Virus record (IMG/VR): IMGVR_UViG_3300020188_000043
Location: 1-26,750 of that record
DNA from: a virus
Lineage: Duplodnaviria > Caudoviricetes
Length of the DNA: 26,750 nucleotides
Direction: 5' to 3' (one strand)
The translations under genes were made by a program, and so were the position numbers. A model generated the notes under the pieces. It had not been told where the DNA came from, did no database searches, and saw only the letters and a program-made list of their open reading frames with translations. Each line of letters opens with the position of its first letter. The stretch's first letter is position 1. Positions 7,356-16,310 of the stretch are shown piece by piece.

Positions 7356-8471
7356 ATGGCAAAATCATCAGCAAAACACTTAGCTTTTGTAGAAAAAGTT
7401 AATGCAAGATATAAAGGAGGTTCTGCTCCTTTAGTAACTGAAGAAAATTATCGGTTAGAGTTTCCAAGAGCCTTGGCATATCATGCATTAAATAAAGAAA
7501 AGAAACAACTTGCTAAAGCTGTTTATGCATATCTCAAAAAGAATAATACCGAATATGTTTCTGTTATTAAGAAAGTTCCTGATTGGGAACTATTAACTAT
7601 AGGTAAAGTTATATGTGTGATTAATGACGGAAGTTGGATCCAACAAAAAGATTATGTATATTTAGAGACTAAGTTAAATGAACTTTATATCAAATATAAA
7701 AATATCCAGTCAATGAAAGTAGAAGATGAAAATACTGAGCAAAAGCCTAAGGCTCCCGCTGTATCAATCGAACAAAGAATTATCGATTCGGCTAGAGCTC
7801 AGAGTGAAGAAATTGATTATGCGATCGATGAGTATATTAATGAAAAGTCTTCTACTTTCTCCACTAAAGCAATGCTGCTGAAAAATAGTATATCAGGAGC
7901 TGTTGCAAAACGTATAGGTGAATATTATCAAAATCCACTTAACGAAATTAATGAAGCAATTGCAGGTACATGTGATCAGTTATCAGAAGGTTATTCATTC
8001 TTTACTAAAGCAGAATTAAAAAAATTCAGAGACTTCTTACAAAGTATTGTTAATGATTGTAAACAACATGCAGTGATAGTTAAGAAACCTAGAATAGTTA
8101 AACCTAAACCCGCAGGTGTGCTTGTTAAAAAAATGAAGTATATGATAGAGTTTAAAGAATTAAATATGAGATCAATCAATCCTGCTGAGATTGTTAATGC
8201 GGATGTTGCTTATATATATAATACTAAGACAAGAAAGTTATCTCGGTATGAAGCTGATGATCGTGAAACCTTATCAGTAAAAGGTACCACTATCATTAAT
8301 TACTCAGTTAGTAATTCAGACTCTAAAACGATACGTAAACCAGAAGACTTCTTTAAGAAACTTGATTTAGGTAAACGGGCTATGAATAAACTCTTTACTG
8401 ATTTAAAAACTAAACCATCTGAACCAAGTGGTAGAGTAAATACTGATTGTATTATTATAGGAGCATTTTAA
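7356..8471 (+). CDS. conserved hypothetical protein of T4-like phages
   Basis: Long ORF; C-terminal YNTKTRKL..Y, VKGTTI, KTIRKP, GRVN motifs familiar from aquatic T4-like phages. Confidence 0.7.
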   Translation: MAKSSAKHLAFVEKVNARYKGGSAPLVTEENYRLEFPRALAYHALNKEKKQLAKAVYAYLKKNNTEYVSVIKKVPDWELLTIGKVICVINDGSWIQQKDYVYLETKLNELYIKYKNIQSMKVEDENTEQKPKAPAVSIEQRIIDSARAQSEEIDYAIDEYINEKSSTFSTKAMLLKNSISGAVAKRIGEYYQNPLNEINEAIAGTCDQLSEGYSFFTKAELKKFRDFLQSIVNDCKQHAVIVKKPRIVKPKPAGVLVKKMKYMIEFKELNMRSINPAEIVNADVAYIYNTKTRKLSRYEADDRETLSVKGTTIINYSVSNSDSKTIRKPEDFFKKLDLGKRAMNKLFTDLKTKPSEPSGRVNTDCIIIGAF

Positions 8472-8472
8472 A

Positions 8473-9369
8473 ATTATTATTCTAGATTACAGTCAGATTG
8501 CACTAAGTAATATATTACCATTTCAATCTGATCTTAAACGCAATACAGAAGAGCAAACGGTAGACTTAATACGACATGCTACACTTGCTTGTATTAAATC
8601 ATACAAGAAAAAGTATGGTAAAGAGTATGGCGATATAGTTATTGCGTGTGATGGTAAATCTTATTGGCGTAAAGAAGCTTTCCCACATTATAAAGCTTCT
8701 CGTAAAGCTAATAGAGAAAAATCTGATTTAGATTGGAATTTAATATTTACTACTCTAGGTAATTTAAGAGAAGATTTAAAATCGTATTTTCCGTATAAGG
8801 TTATACATGTAGATAGAGCTGAAGCAGATGATGTTATTGCAGCACTAGCTAAGTGGAGTCAAGAGAATGAATTAATACAAGAAGGATTATTTAGTGAACC
8901 TCAAAAAGTATTGATTGTATCTTCTGATAAAGACTTTATACAACTACAAAAATATAAGAATGTTAGACAGTGGAGTCCTATGCAAAAGAAATATGTAGAG
9001 GGTTCACAAAAAGATATTCATGAATATACTATTACCCATACGGTAAAAGGTGATACTGGAGACGGTATACCTAACATATTAAGTAAAGACGATGTGTTTG
9101 TTAGTGGTGATAGACAGAAACCATTCTCAAGTAAACGTCTAACTGAATTTTATGAACACGGAATATTAGCATGTAAAACTGAAGAAGAAAAACGTAATTA
9201 TCAACGCAATCTTATGTTAGTTAATTTTGATTTTATTCCAAAAGATGTTCGATCAGAAATACTTACATCGTTTGAAGAGAATAAACCTAAAGGCGATAAG
9301 ATGATGATCATGAACTATTTAATTAAAAACAAATGTCGATTATTACTCGATGATTTAGAGGAATTTTAA
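8473..9369 (+). CDS. rnh: T4-type RNase H / 5'-3' flap exonuclease; apparent ATT start
   Basis: Frame extends 146 codons upstream of the tracked ORF: (I)IILDYSQI, IACDGKSYWRK..FPHYKASRK, AEADDVIA, SSDKDFIQL, KGDTGDGIPNI. Confidence 0.9.
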   Translation: MIILDYSQIALSNILPFQSDLKRNTEEQTVDLIRHATLACIKSYKKKYGKEYGDIVIACDGKSYWRKEAFPHYKASRKANREKSDLDWNLIFTTLGNLREDLKSYFPYKVIHVDRAEADDVIAALAKWSQENELIQEGLFSEPQKVLIVSSDKDFIQLQKYKNVRQWSPMQKKYVEGSQKDIHEYTITHTVKGDTGDGIPNILSKDDVFVSGDRQKPFSSKRLTEFYEHGILACKTEEEKRNYQRNLMLVNFDFIPKDVRSEILTSFEENKPKGDKMMIMNYLIKNKCRLLLDDLEEF

Positions 9370-9777
9370 ATGCAAACATATTTACCAGAACTATTAGAAG
9401 AAATTAATAGTGATCCTAAACTGATTGAAAAATATAAAGGCGATTCAGCTTTAACTATATTATTTAAACATGCGTTTATACCAGAGCAAAAATTTTTATT
9501 ACCGGAAGGCGAACCTCCATATAATAAAGATGCTGCTCCAATTGGTATGTCACCTGCCATTCTTAGACAAGAGTTAAGAAGGTTTTATGTTTTTACTCGA
9601 ACAGATTTACAACCATTAAAGCGTGAACAATTGTTTATTAGTTTATTAGAAAGCTTGCATCCATCTGAGGCATCTCTTATGCTTGCAGTTAAAGAACAAT
9701 CTATCCCTAAACTATATAAAAAGATCACTCGTAAATTAGTGGAAGGTGCAGGGTTTATTCCACCATTAGAAAAATAA
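9370..9777 (+). CDS. conserved hypothetical T4-like protein (DUF6433-like)
   Basis: FLLPEGEPPY and KREQLFISLLESLHPSEA motifs; follows rnh. Confidence 0.7.
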   Translation: MQTYLPELLEEINSDPKLIEKYKGDSALTILFKHAFIPEQKFLLPEGEPPYNKDAAPIGMSPAILRQELRRFYVFTRTDLQPLKREQLFISLLESLHPSEASLMLAVKEQSIPKLYKKITRKLVEGAGFIPPLEK

Positions 9778-9778
9778 A

Positions 9779-9807
9779 GGTACCTTAATTATGAAATATT
9801 GTATAAT
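9779..9807 (+). promoter_or_regulatory. early-type promoter (variant)
   Basis: GGTACC-N17-TATAAT with TTAA after the -35 as in other copies. Confidence 0.6.
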
Positions 9808-9864
9808 GATAGTAATACTAGCAATATCACTGCTATATATCCATTCATACGGACTACTTATTTA

Positions 9865-10437
9865 ATGAATATATTTTACTTACATGAAAACCCAAAACTA
9901 TGTGCTGAATATCACGTAGATAAACATTGTGTTAAAATGATAGTTGAATCATGCCAATTATTATCAACTGCTCATCGTCTATTAGATGGTGAAGAATATG
10001 AAGGTCGTAGTAAAACTGGCCGTAAAGCACGTCGGTGGAAACTATCAGATGAAAGAGAAACCTTATTATATAGTGCTACTCATATTAATCATCCTTCTGC
10101 TGTATGGTGTAGAGCGTCTAAATCTAATTATATATGGTTACACAATCTTCTTATTGAATTATTAGCAGAATACACATATCGGTATGAAAAAACTCATAAG
10201 TGTACAGAATTAGCTAACGCTTTACGAGCAGTTCCAACCAATATATTAGATACAGTATTTACTGCACCAACTCCTGCCATGCCAGATGAGTATAAAGTAC
10301 CAGGCAACGTATTACAATCTTATCATAATTATTACAATGGAGAAAAACAAAGAATGTTTGCTTGGAAGAAAAGACAGGCTCCTTCCTTTATAAATAACTA
10401 TATGAAAACGACTGAGGTGCATTATGCCGCTGTATGA
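9865..10437 (+). CDS. denV: pyrimidine-dimer DNA glycosylase / endonuclease V family
   Basis: MNIFYL..P..CA.YH.DKH.VKM..E..QLLS and THINHPSAVW motifs; start moved to ATG 9865. Confidence 0.8.
   Translation: MNIFYLHENPKLCAEYHVDKHCVKMIVESCQLLSTAHRLLDGEEYEGRSKTGRKARRWKLSDERETLLYSATHINHPSAVWCRASKSNYIWLHNLLIELLAEYTYRYEKTHKCTELANALRAVPTNILDTVFTAPTPAMPDEYKVPGNVLQSYHNYYNGEKQRMFAWKKRQAPSFINNYMKTTEVHYAAV
10389..10396 (+). promoter_or_regulatory. T4-type late promoter
   Basis: TATAAATA about 28 nt upstream of ATG 10424. Confidence 0.6.
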
Positions 10438-10669
10438 TTTTAAAGATACAAATACTGGAGATGTATTTGAGAAAATGATGTCTATCTCCTCCAAAGAACA
10501 ATATCTAAAAGAAAACCCACACATACAGTCTCATATTAGTGGCATGCCGCCATTAATAGATCCCGTAGCACTTGGTATTCGTAAACCTGATAATGGATTC
10601 AAAGAAGTATTACAAAAAATACATTCCAGAGCTCCTGGCTCTGAGCTCGATAAAACTTCTAATATTTAA
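10424..10669 (+). CDS. FmdB-like small protein (zinc-ribbon-like, cysteines absent)
   Basis: MPLYDF....G..FE and GFKEVLQKI motifs; GAGG RBS; precedes phoH. Confidence 0.65.
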   Translation: MPLYDFKDTNTGDVFEKMMSISSKEQYLKENPHIQSHISGMPPLIDPVALGIRKPDNGFKEVLQKIHSRAPGSELDKTSNI

Positions 10670-10677
10670 AGGCACCT

Positions 10678-11430
10678 ATGGCCAGAAAATCAACTTATGC
10701 TACTGAACCGCCAGTAGCAGCTAAACCAAAAAAAAATAATTCATTAATAATCAAGGCTGATATGCTTAAAGAATTTGAACCACTAACTGATAATCAAAAG
10801 AAGTTTTTTGATGCATATAAAGTTGGTAGTTATTTTATAGCTTTACATGGTGTTGCAGGAACAGGTAAAACATTCTGTGCATTGTACAAAGCAATCGAAG
10901 AAGTATTAAGTAAAGAAAACTTCTTTAAAAAAATCATTGTTGTGAGATCAGCAGTACAATCTCGTGACATGGGACATCTTCCTGGTGATGTAGCAGAAAA
11001 GATGGAAATTTATGAACAACCTTACCGACAAATCTGTGAGACGCTCTTTGGTAGAAGGGATGCTTGGTCAAGGCTTGAGGAACAAGGTTACATCAGTTTT
11101 ATCTCTACTAGTTTTATACGAGGTATGTCATTTGACGATGCAATTATTATTGTAGATGAAATGCAAAATATGAATTATGAAGAAATAGATACAGTAATGA
11201 CTCGCGTTGGATACCGCTCTAAAATTATTTGGTGTGGAGACTATAGACAAACTGATTTAAGAAAGTCGAATGATAAAACAGGGATTCTAAAGTTTTTTGA
11301 TATAGCTCAACATATGAAATCTTTTGAAAAAATTGAATTTACCGCTGATGATATTGTCAGATCTAGTTTGGTGAAAGATTATATTATGGCTAAAATTCGT
11401 TTTGAAGATCTAGTAGAACCAAATTTATAA
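10678..11430 (+). CDS. phoH: PhoH-family ATPase
   Basis: GVAGTGKT Walker A, GHLPGD..EK, FIRGMSFD, IIVDEMQN, GDYRQTDL, DIVRS. Confidence 0.95.
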   Translation: MARKSTYATEPPVAAKPKKNNSLIIKADMLKEFEPLTDNQKKFFDAYKVGSYFIALHGVAGTGKTFCALYKAIEEVLSKENFFKKIIVVRSAVQSRDMGHLPGDVAEKMEIYEQPYRQICETLFGRRDAWSRLEEQGYISFISTSFIRGMSFDDAIIIVDEMQNMNYEEIDTVMTRVGYRSKIIWCGDYRQTDLRKSNDKTGILKFFDIAQHMKSFEKIEFTADDIVRSSLVKDYIMAKIRFEDLVEPNL

Positions 11431-11445
11431 ACAAGGAGAAATACT

Positions 11446-11631
11446 ATGTTAGATATGTTAAATATGGCAGTAGATTGGGTTAAAGCTCAATGGGCTCAAA
11501 GAACATCTTGGGACGGTACTGTATTAATCGTAGTAGGTCTAATGGGTCTTTTGGCACACCCATTAATGCATATGGCATCATGGGCAGCAGTTGCTTGGGG
11601 TGCTTGGACATTATGGAAACAAGAAAAATAA
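11446..11631 (+). CDS. small Trp-rich membrane protein, possible holin
   Basis: Two hydrophobic segments; AAGGAG RBS; directly upstream of endolysin. Confidence 0.6.
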   Translation: MLDMLNMAVDWVKAQWAQRTSWDGTVLIVVGLMGLLAHPLMHMASWAAVAWGAWTLWKQEK

Positions 11632-11642
11632 TTGACCTGATT

Positions 11643-11668
11643 GGGGAGACAAACTCCCCTTTCTTTTT
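11643..11668 (+). terminator. intrinsic terminator
   Basis: GGGGAG-ACAAA-CTCCCC then TTTCTTTTT. Confidence 0.75.
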
Positions 11669-11680
11669 AAGGAAAATCTA

Positions 11681-12145
11681 ATGAATTTATCTAAAAACTT
11701 TACACTAGCCGAATATACTAAGAGTCAAACAGCACTTAGACTAGATATAGACAATACTCCAAATGATACTCATTTAGAAGCATGTACAGCTTTATTTGAG
11801 AATGTAGTACAACCTATTAGAGATCGATTTGGTCCAACAGTCATTAACTCAGGATACAGAGGACCAGCACTAAATGAAGCAGTTGGTGGTTCAAGTAATA
11901 GTCAACATTGTAGAGGTGAAGCAGTAGACATTGAAGTACCAGGTGTTCCTAATGCTGAAGTAGCACAATGGATTGTAGACCATACAGAATTTGATCAAGT
12001 GATATTAGAATTTTATACTCCAGGTATTCCTGATTCTGGTTGGGTGCATGTATCATACAAAGCAAATGGTGATAACCGTAAACAAGTATTAACGGCAATG
12101 AAAGAAAATGGTAGAACTGTGTATAAAACTGGATTGATTGCGTAA
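11681..12145 (+). CDS. peptidase M15A-family endolysin
   Basis: LSKNFTL.E, INSGYR, SQHCRGEAVD (S.H..G.A.D), WVHVS. Confidence 0.88.
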   Translation: MNLSKNFTLAEYTKSQTALRLDIDNTPNDTHLEACTALFENVVQPIRDRFGPTVINSGYRGPALNEAVGGSSNSQHCRGEAVDIEVPGVPNAEVAQWIVDHTEFDQVILEFYTPGIPDSGWVHVSYKANGDNRKQVLTAMKENGRTVYKTGLIA

Positions 12146-12150
12146 TTAAG

Positions 12151-12179
12151 TGTACTTTAATATCATATTATGGTATAAT
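12151..12179 (+). promoter_or_regulatory. early-type promoter, probably leaderless transcript
   Basis: TGTACT-N17-TATAAT; ATG begins 7 nt after the -10. Confidence 0.8.
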
Positions 12180-12185
12180 TAAATT

Positions 12186-12686
12186 ATGAAGGCAGCAGTA
12201 TTAGGTAATGGACCGTCTAGAGTATCATATACAAATCCATGGCAATATGATTATGTCCTTGGTTGTAATATTCCATGGACTAAAGTTGACGCTACTATTG
12301 TTGTAGATATCGAAGTTATCATGCATTTAAGTAAACATCCAGAAAAGATTACTAAAATGTATGCTTCAGCAAATGCATGGAGATATACTGATGAAATTAA
12401 TAAACGCCATTTATTTGATGGGTGTTTACTCAAGATTATTGAAAAAAATCATCTTGGTGAATCAAGTGCACATATAGCAGCAAAAGTATTAATTGGATTA
12501 GGATATACTGAAATTGATATATATGGTTGTGATACTAAATTTGGTACATCAACTACTGAAAGTTATACCCATCAGTATGTTAATACATCTAATGATGATC
12601 AAGAAACTGCTGCGGCAAAATGGAGAAAGCGATGGGTTGTTATGCAAGGAGCCCATCCTGAAGTAAAATTTAAATTTATTAAGTGA
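12186..12686 (+). CDS. GT29/MptE(DUF115)-like putative transferase
   Basis: AAVLGNGPS, GCN, SS..IA...LIGLG..EI.IYG.D motifs. Confidence 0.6.
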   Translation: MKAAVLGNGPSRVSYTNPWQYDYVLGCNIPWTKVDATIVVDIEVIMHLSKHPEKITKMYASANAWRYTDEINKRHLFDGCLLKIIEKNHLGESSAHIAAKVLIGLGYTEIDIYGCDTKFGTSTTESYTHQYVNTSNDDQETAAAKWRKRWVVMQGAHPEVKFKFIK

Positions 12687-12692
12687 TAATAT

Positions 12693-13256
12693 ATGAAAAA
12701 AATAATAGCAATTGCAATACTAACACTTTCAACATCCGTATCAGCTGAGAAACAAGGTTACTTTTACGGTATACGTTTTGAAAGCCAAGATGCTAAAGGC
12801 GGAACTGATGCTATGACATATGGCATGAAGTTTGGTAAAAATGTATATGATTGGTTAGATGTATCAGTATCAACTCGGCTAAAAGATCAGAATGAAAAAA
12901 GTAATAACAATGATACACGTCTAGAAGCTGGAATCAAATTAAAGCACAAACTCAACTCAGATTGGTCAACCAGTCTTTATCTAGGTTCAGGTGAGAAATA
13001 CGTTAATAATAATAACTTCGGCTATTGGGTTACAACTCCAGGTATTAAATACAAAATTAATTCGGATTGGTCAATCGGGACTAGCGTACGTTTTCGTGAC
13101 AGCTATAATACTAGCTATCAACAGAATGATACTACATATGCAGTTAAACTAGGATATAAAATTGCAGATGATATTACACTAGATACTCGATACCGAATAA
13201 AGCGAGGTGATGGACCATATGATGCAGTAGGAATGGGGTTAACATTTAACTTTTAG
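12693..13256 (+). CDS. outer-membrane beta-barrel (porin-like) protein
   Basis: Signal peptide ending VSA; alternating amphipathic strands with aromatic residues; C-terminal GMGLTFNF resembling a BAM beta-signal. Confidence 0.8.
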   Translation: MKKIIAIAILTLSTSVSAEKQGYFYGIRFESQDAKGGTDAMTYGMKFGKNVYDWLDVSVSTRLKDQNEKSNNNDTRLEAGIKLKHKLNSDWSTSLYLGSGEKYVNNNNFGYWVTTPGIKYKINSDWSIGTSVRFRDSYNTSYQQNDTTYAVKLGYKIADDITLDTRYRIKRGDGPYDAVGMGLTFNF

Positions 13257-13266
13257 GAGATATACT

Positions 13267-13437
13267 ATGTCAAAAGAAAAATGGCAAGATTTAGAAATAC
13301 TTAAAATGAAACACATAGAACTAGATCATAAAATTAAAGCAGGACACAGCAACTTTATAGATGATGTTGAATTATCTAAAATGAAAAAACAAAAATTAAT
13401 TATTAAAGAAATGATTGAAAAATTACAAGGAAAATAA
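13267..13437 (+). CDS. YdcH/DUF465-like small coiled-coil protein (56 aa), not in ORF track
   Basis: AGGAG RBS; MSKEKWQDLEILKMKHIELDHKIK...LSKMKKQKLIIKEMI fits the H..LD..I / LKK.KL..KD.I pattern. Confidence 0.7.
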   Translation: MSKEKWQDLEILKMKHIELDHKIKAGHSNFIDDVELSKMKKQKLIIKEMIEKLQGK

Positions 13438-13438
13438 T

Positions 13439-13702
13439 ATGGAAGTAATACCAATGAAAGATAAGTTATTAGTAGCAGAAAATGAAAGAAAGAAAGAAAC
13501 TGCTAGTGGTATTATTATTGAAACAACAACTACACTACTAGATACTTCATCTGGTACAATACTTGCTGTAGGGCCTGATGTTAAAAATGTAGCGGTTGGT
13601 GACAATGTATTTTTAAACTGGTCTAAAACTGCATTAGTAAAAATTGATGGTGCACAACGTGTTCTTGTTTCTGAAGAAGATATTTTAGCTATTATCAAAT
13701 AA
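13439..13702 (+). CDS. groES: co-chaperonin GroES
   Basis: PMKDKLLV, ETASGIII mobile loop, GTILAVGP, V.VGD.V, EEDILAI; AAGGA RBS before ATG 13439. Confidence 0.9.
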   Translation: MEVIPMKDKLLVAENERKKETASGIIIETTTTLLDTSSGTILAVGPDVKNVAVGDNVFLNWSKTALVKIDGAQRVLVSEEDILAIIK

Positions 13703-13703
13703 T

Positions 13704-13946
13704 ATGAGAAAGCACTATTATAAATTTAAAACTGCAAAAAATTATGATATGTATAAGTGTGTCGTGATATTTATTATAGGGCTTATAGTATTGTTTACAG
13801 TAACATCATGTGAAGACAAAGAACCAATGATTCAAAAGGGGTTGGAGGCTATGATAGAACCAACTCCTTCATATGATTATGAACTACCTGTTATTATTGT
13901 TACACCTGATGATAATTTTGTATCGACAATAGAAGCAATTAATTAA
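13704..13946 (+). CDS. hypothetical membrane protein or lipoprotein
   Basis: Hydrophobic stretch ending VTSC (lipobox-like); start uncertain. Confidence 0.5.
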   Translation: MRKHYYKFKTAKNYDMYKCVVIFIIGLIVLFTVTSCEDKEPMIQKGLEAMIEPTPSYDYELPVIIVTPDDNFVSTIEAIN

Positions 13947-13954
13947 CATAACAG

Positions 13955-13983
13955 TGTACTTTAAACAGTAATCAGTGTATAAT
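13955..13983 (+). promoter_or_regulatory. early-type promoter, probably leaderless transcript
   Basis: TGTACT-N17-TATAAT; ATG begins 7 nt after the -10. Confidence 0.8.
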
Positions 13984-13989
13984 AATATT

Positions 13990-14619
13990 ATGAAAACATT
14001 TATAGATCATGAATTCCCATCATTAACCCGTATTGATTCTGATTCAGGTAGATTATATGAAACACCTAATGGAGATAGATATCCATCAGTGACTTCTATT
14101 ACCGGTAAGATGAGTCAAAAATCTATCGAAGCTTGGAAGAAACGTGTAGGTGAAGCAGAAGCAAATAGAGTATCTTCTAGAGCTTCTCAACGTGGAACTC
14201 AAATCCATAGTTATTGTGAATCATTTTTACTTAATGAAGATTATCATATTGACATATTTGATTTAGAGATGTGGAACAGTATGCGGCCTTTTGTTGATAA
14301 GATTGATAACATACATGCACTTGAAAAGATGATGTATTCAGATAAGCTTAAATTGGCTGGTACAGTAGACTGTATTGGTGAATATGAAGGTGAATTATCT
14401 GTCATTGACTTTAAAACATCTGCAAGATTGAAAGATGAAAATAAGATTGAAAACTATTTTATTCAGGCTACAGCATATTCAATTATGTTTGAAGAATTGT
14501 TTAATATTAAAATACCTAATATAGTTATATTAATTGGTGTAGATAGTGAACAGCCACAAATCTTTAAAAGAAAACGTAAAGACTTTATAGAAAAGTTAGT
14601 TAAGTTGCGTTTTGACTAA
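13990..14619 (+). CDS. PD-(D/E)XK exonuclease
   Basis: R.Y.TP.G..YPSVT, RGT.IH, AGTVDC, VIDFKTS, YFIQATAY. Confidence 0.85.
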   Translation: MKTFIDHEFPSLTRIDSDSGRLYETPNGDRYPSVTSITGKMSQKSIEAWKKRVGEAEANRVSSRASQRGTQIHSYCESFLLNEDYHIDIFDLEMWNSMRPFVDKIDNIHALEKMMYSDKLKLAGTVDCIGEYEGELSVIDFKTSARLKDENKIENYFIQATAYSIMFEELFNIKIPNIVILIGVDSEQPQIFKRKRKDFIEKLVKLRFD

Positions 14620-14627
14620 AATACATG

Positions 14628-14656
14628 TGTACTTTAAAAGAGTATTAGTATATAAT
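14628..14656 (+). promoter_or_regulatory. early-type promoter
   Basis: TGTACT-N17-TATAAT. Confidence 0.8.
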
Positions 14657-14692
14657 AGTAGTATAAACAAGTAATCAAAGGAGTACCAACGA

Positions 14693-15241
14693 ATGAGATT
14701 AATACTTGGAACATTATTGGTAATTATTTGTAGTTTAACAACAGTAGTTAATGTTAAATCAAATTATGTACCAGAATATAAGAAACTTAAAATAATGTCT
14801 TATGCTTCTATAACAGAAGAACAAAGAGCTGAAATTGAGTGTTTAGCACAAAATATATTTTTTGAAGCTAAAGGTGAGTCAGATACAGGTAAGTTAGCTG
14901 TTGCATTAGTTACATTAAACAGATCTAAAAGTGAATTATATCCAACAAATCTATGTAAAATTGTTAGAGAAAGAAACAGAAAGACCTGTCAGTTTACTTG
15001 GTGGTGTAGTGCTAAGTTAAGAAACAAAGCAACATTGTATTCGTATAGCAAGAAAGAAAAAAAGATGTTTGATAATATAAGAAAGATTGCACTATATGCT
15101 TTTATGCACTATGATGAAATAGAAGATATAACACATGGTGCAATGTATTATCATGCAAATTACGTTAACCCTAAATGGAAGTTTGCATCAAAAACTGTAC
15201 AGATAGGAAAACATATATTTTATAAATTGGAGACAATGTGA
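14693..15241 (+). CDS. SleB-like cell wall hydrolase (Hydrolase_2)
   Basis: CLAQNIFFEAKGE..GKLAVALVTLNR, CQFTW, GAMYYHANYVNP.W, IGKHIFY; N-terminal signal or anchor. Confidence 0.9.
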   Translation: MRLILGTLLVIICSLTTVVNVKSNYVPEYKKLKIMSYASITEEQRAEIECLAQNIFFEAKGESDTGKLAVALVTLNRSKSELYPTNLCKIVRERNRKTCQFTWWCSAKLRNKATLYSYSKKEKKMFDNIRKIALYAFMHYDEIEDITHGAMYYHANYVNPKWKFASKTVQIGKHIFYKLETM

Positions 15242-15900
15242 ATAATAAAACTAGAGTAGACGAAGAAATGGATCAAGCAACAAATTTGATAGGTAATTTA
15301 ACAAATAATGTGCATATTAATCCAGTTCAGTCTTCATTAATAACCCACGAAGTATTTTTAGATATGGATATTGATGAACCTCATCGTTATCGTAATGTTA
15401 TTTCTTTACTTATTAACGTACCAGCACATGATAGAATTCATTTCTATATTAATTGTAATGGTGGTAATTTAGATTCAGCCACAGCTATTATTAATGCTAT
15501 GCAAATATGTAAAGCAGAAATTACTGGTCATATCATGGGTGCTTGTCATAGTGCTGCCTCTATCATTGCAATGTATTGTCATTCAGTGCATGTATTTGAT
15601 ACAGCTTATATGATGATTCATACAGCATCATTTGGTAGTATAGGTAGTACACAAACAGTAAAAGCACAAACCGACTTTACGGTAACTCAAGTTGAAAAAT
15701 TACTTGATGATTGTTACGACGGATTCTTATCTAAAGAAGAATTGAAACAAGTTAAACAAGGTATTGAAATGTGGTATGATGCAGAAGAAATTCAAAAGCG
15801 TCTTAAGAAAAGGTTTGCAGTAATGGATGCAAAAAGCAACAAGATATTATTAGATTTTAAGCCTGAAAAGGAAAAGAAAGCAAAAGCAACAAAAAAATAG
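15238..15900 (+). CDS. ClpP-like serine protease
   Basis: YINCNGG, CHSAAS (Ser), MMIH (His), WYDAEE. Confidence 0.8.
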   Translation: MNNKTRVDEEMDQATNLIGNLTNNVHINPVQSSLITHEVFLDMDIDEPHRYRNVISLLINVPAHDRIHFYINCNGGNLDSATAIINAMQICKAEITGHIMGACHSAASIIAMYCHSVHVFDTAYMMIHTASFGSIGSTQTVKAQTDFTVTQVEKLLDDCYDGFLSKEELKQVKQGIEMWYDAEEIQKRLKKRFAVMDAKSNKILLDFKPEKEKKAKATKK

Positions 15901-15912
15901 GAGTATTATATT

Positions 15913-16050
15913 ATGAATGAATTTTTAATTAAACGTGTTAAGAATGGTTTTATTATTACTGATGTAGATCTAAATGAAGATTTTATTTTTACTAGACAAC
16001 ATCAAGTAATGAAGTTTTTAAAAGAAAGATTTGCTCAGGAGGTACAATGA
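15913..16050 (+). CDS. small hypothetical protein (45 aa), not in ORF track
   Basis: AGGAG RBS; MNEFLIKRVKNGFII...; ATGA overlap with next gene. Confidence 0.7.
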   Translation: MNEFLIKRVKNGFIITDVDLNEDFIFTRQHQVMKFLKERFAQEVQ

Positions 16051-16310
16051 GTATAATTGACAGTATATCTACTTCGTATATAAGAAGAGATAAAGAATCA
16101 CTTGAAAAAATTATTTCTGAATTAATTAAAAGTAAAAATGAATTAGATGTATTCTTTGAAGAATATCTAGAAGTGTTTGATGAAAAGTTAAATGCTTCTA
16201 TTAATAATCAAAACACTCCAGTATGGAAATGTTACAAAGACAAATATAAGGTTTGGCAAAAGATTAATGCTGATCTTAAAGTAGCCAAATATTATTTAGG
16301 AATGATATAG
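16047..16310 (+). CDS. hypothetical protein
   Basis: AGGAGG RBS; coupled to neighbours. Confidence 0.7.
   Translation: MSIIDSISTSYIRRDKESLEKIISELIKSKNELDVFFEEYLEVFDEKLNASINNQNTPVWKCYKDKYKVWQKINADLKVAKYYLGMI

Noticed and set aside
9799-9864. Tracked TTG start for denV, and likewise GTG 13975 and TTG 13415
   Set aside because: These starts fall inside promoter boxes or an upstream gene; family N-termini match the later ATGs at 9865, 13990 and 13439.
13990-14619. Exonuclease as a CRISPR Cas4
   Set aside because: No repeat-spacer array or other cas gene seen, and no four-Cys Fe-S pattern; it is a common stand-alone phage nuclease.
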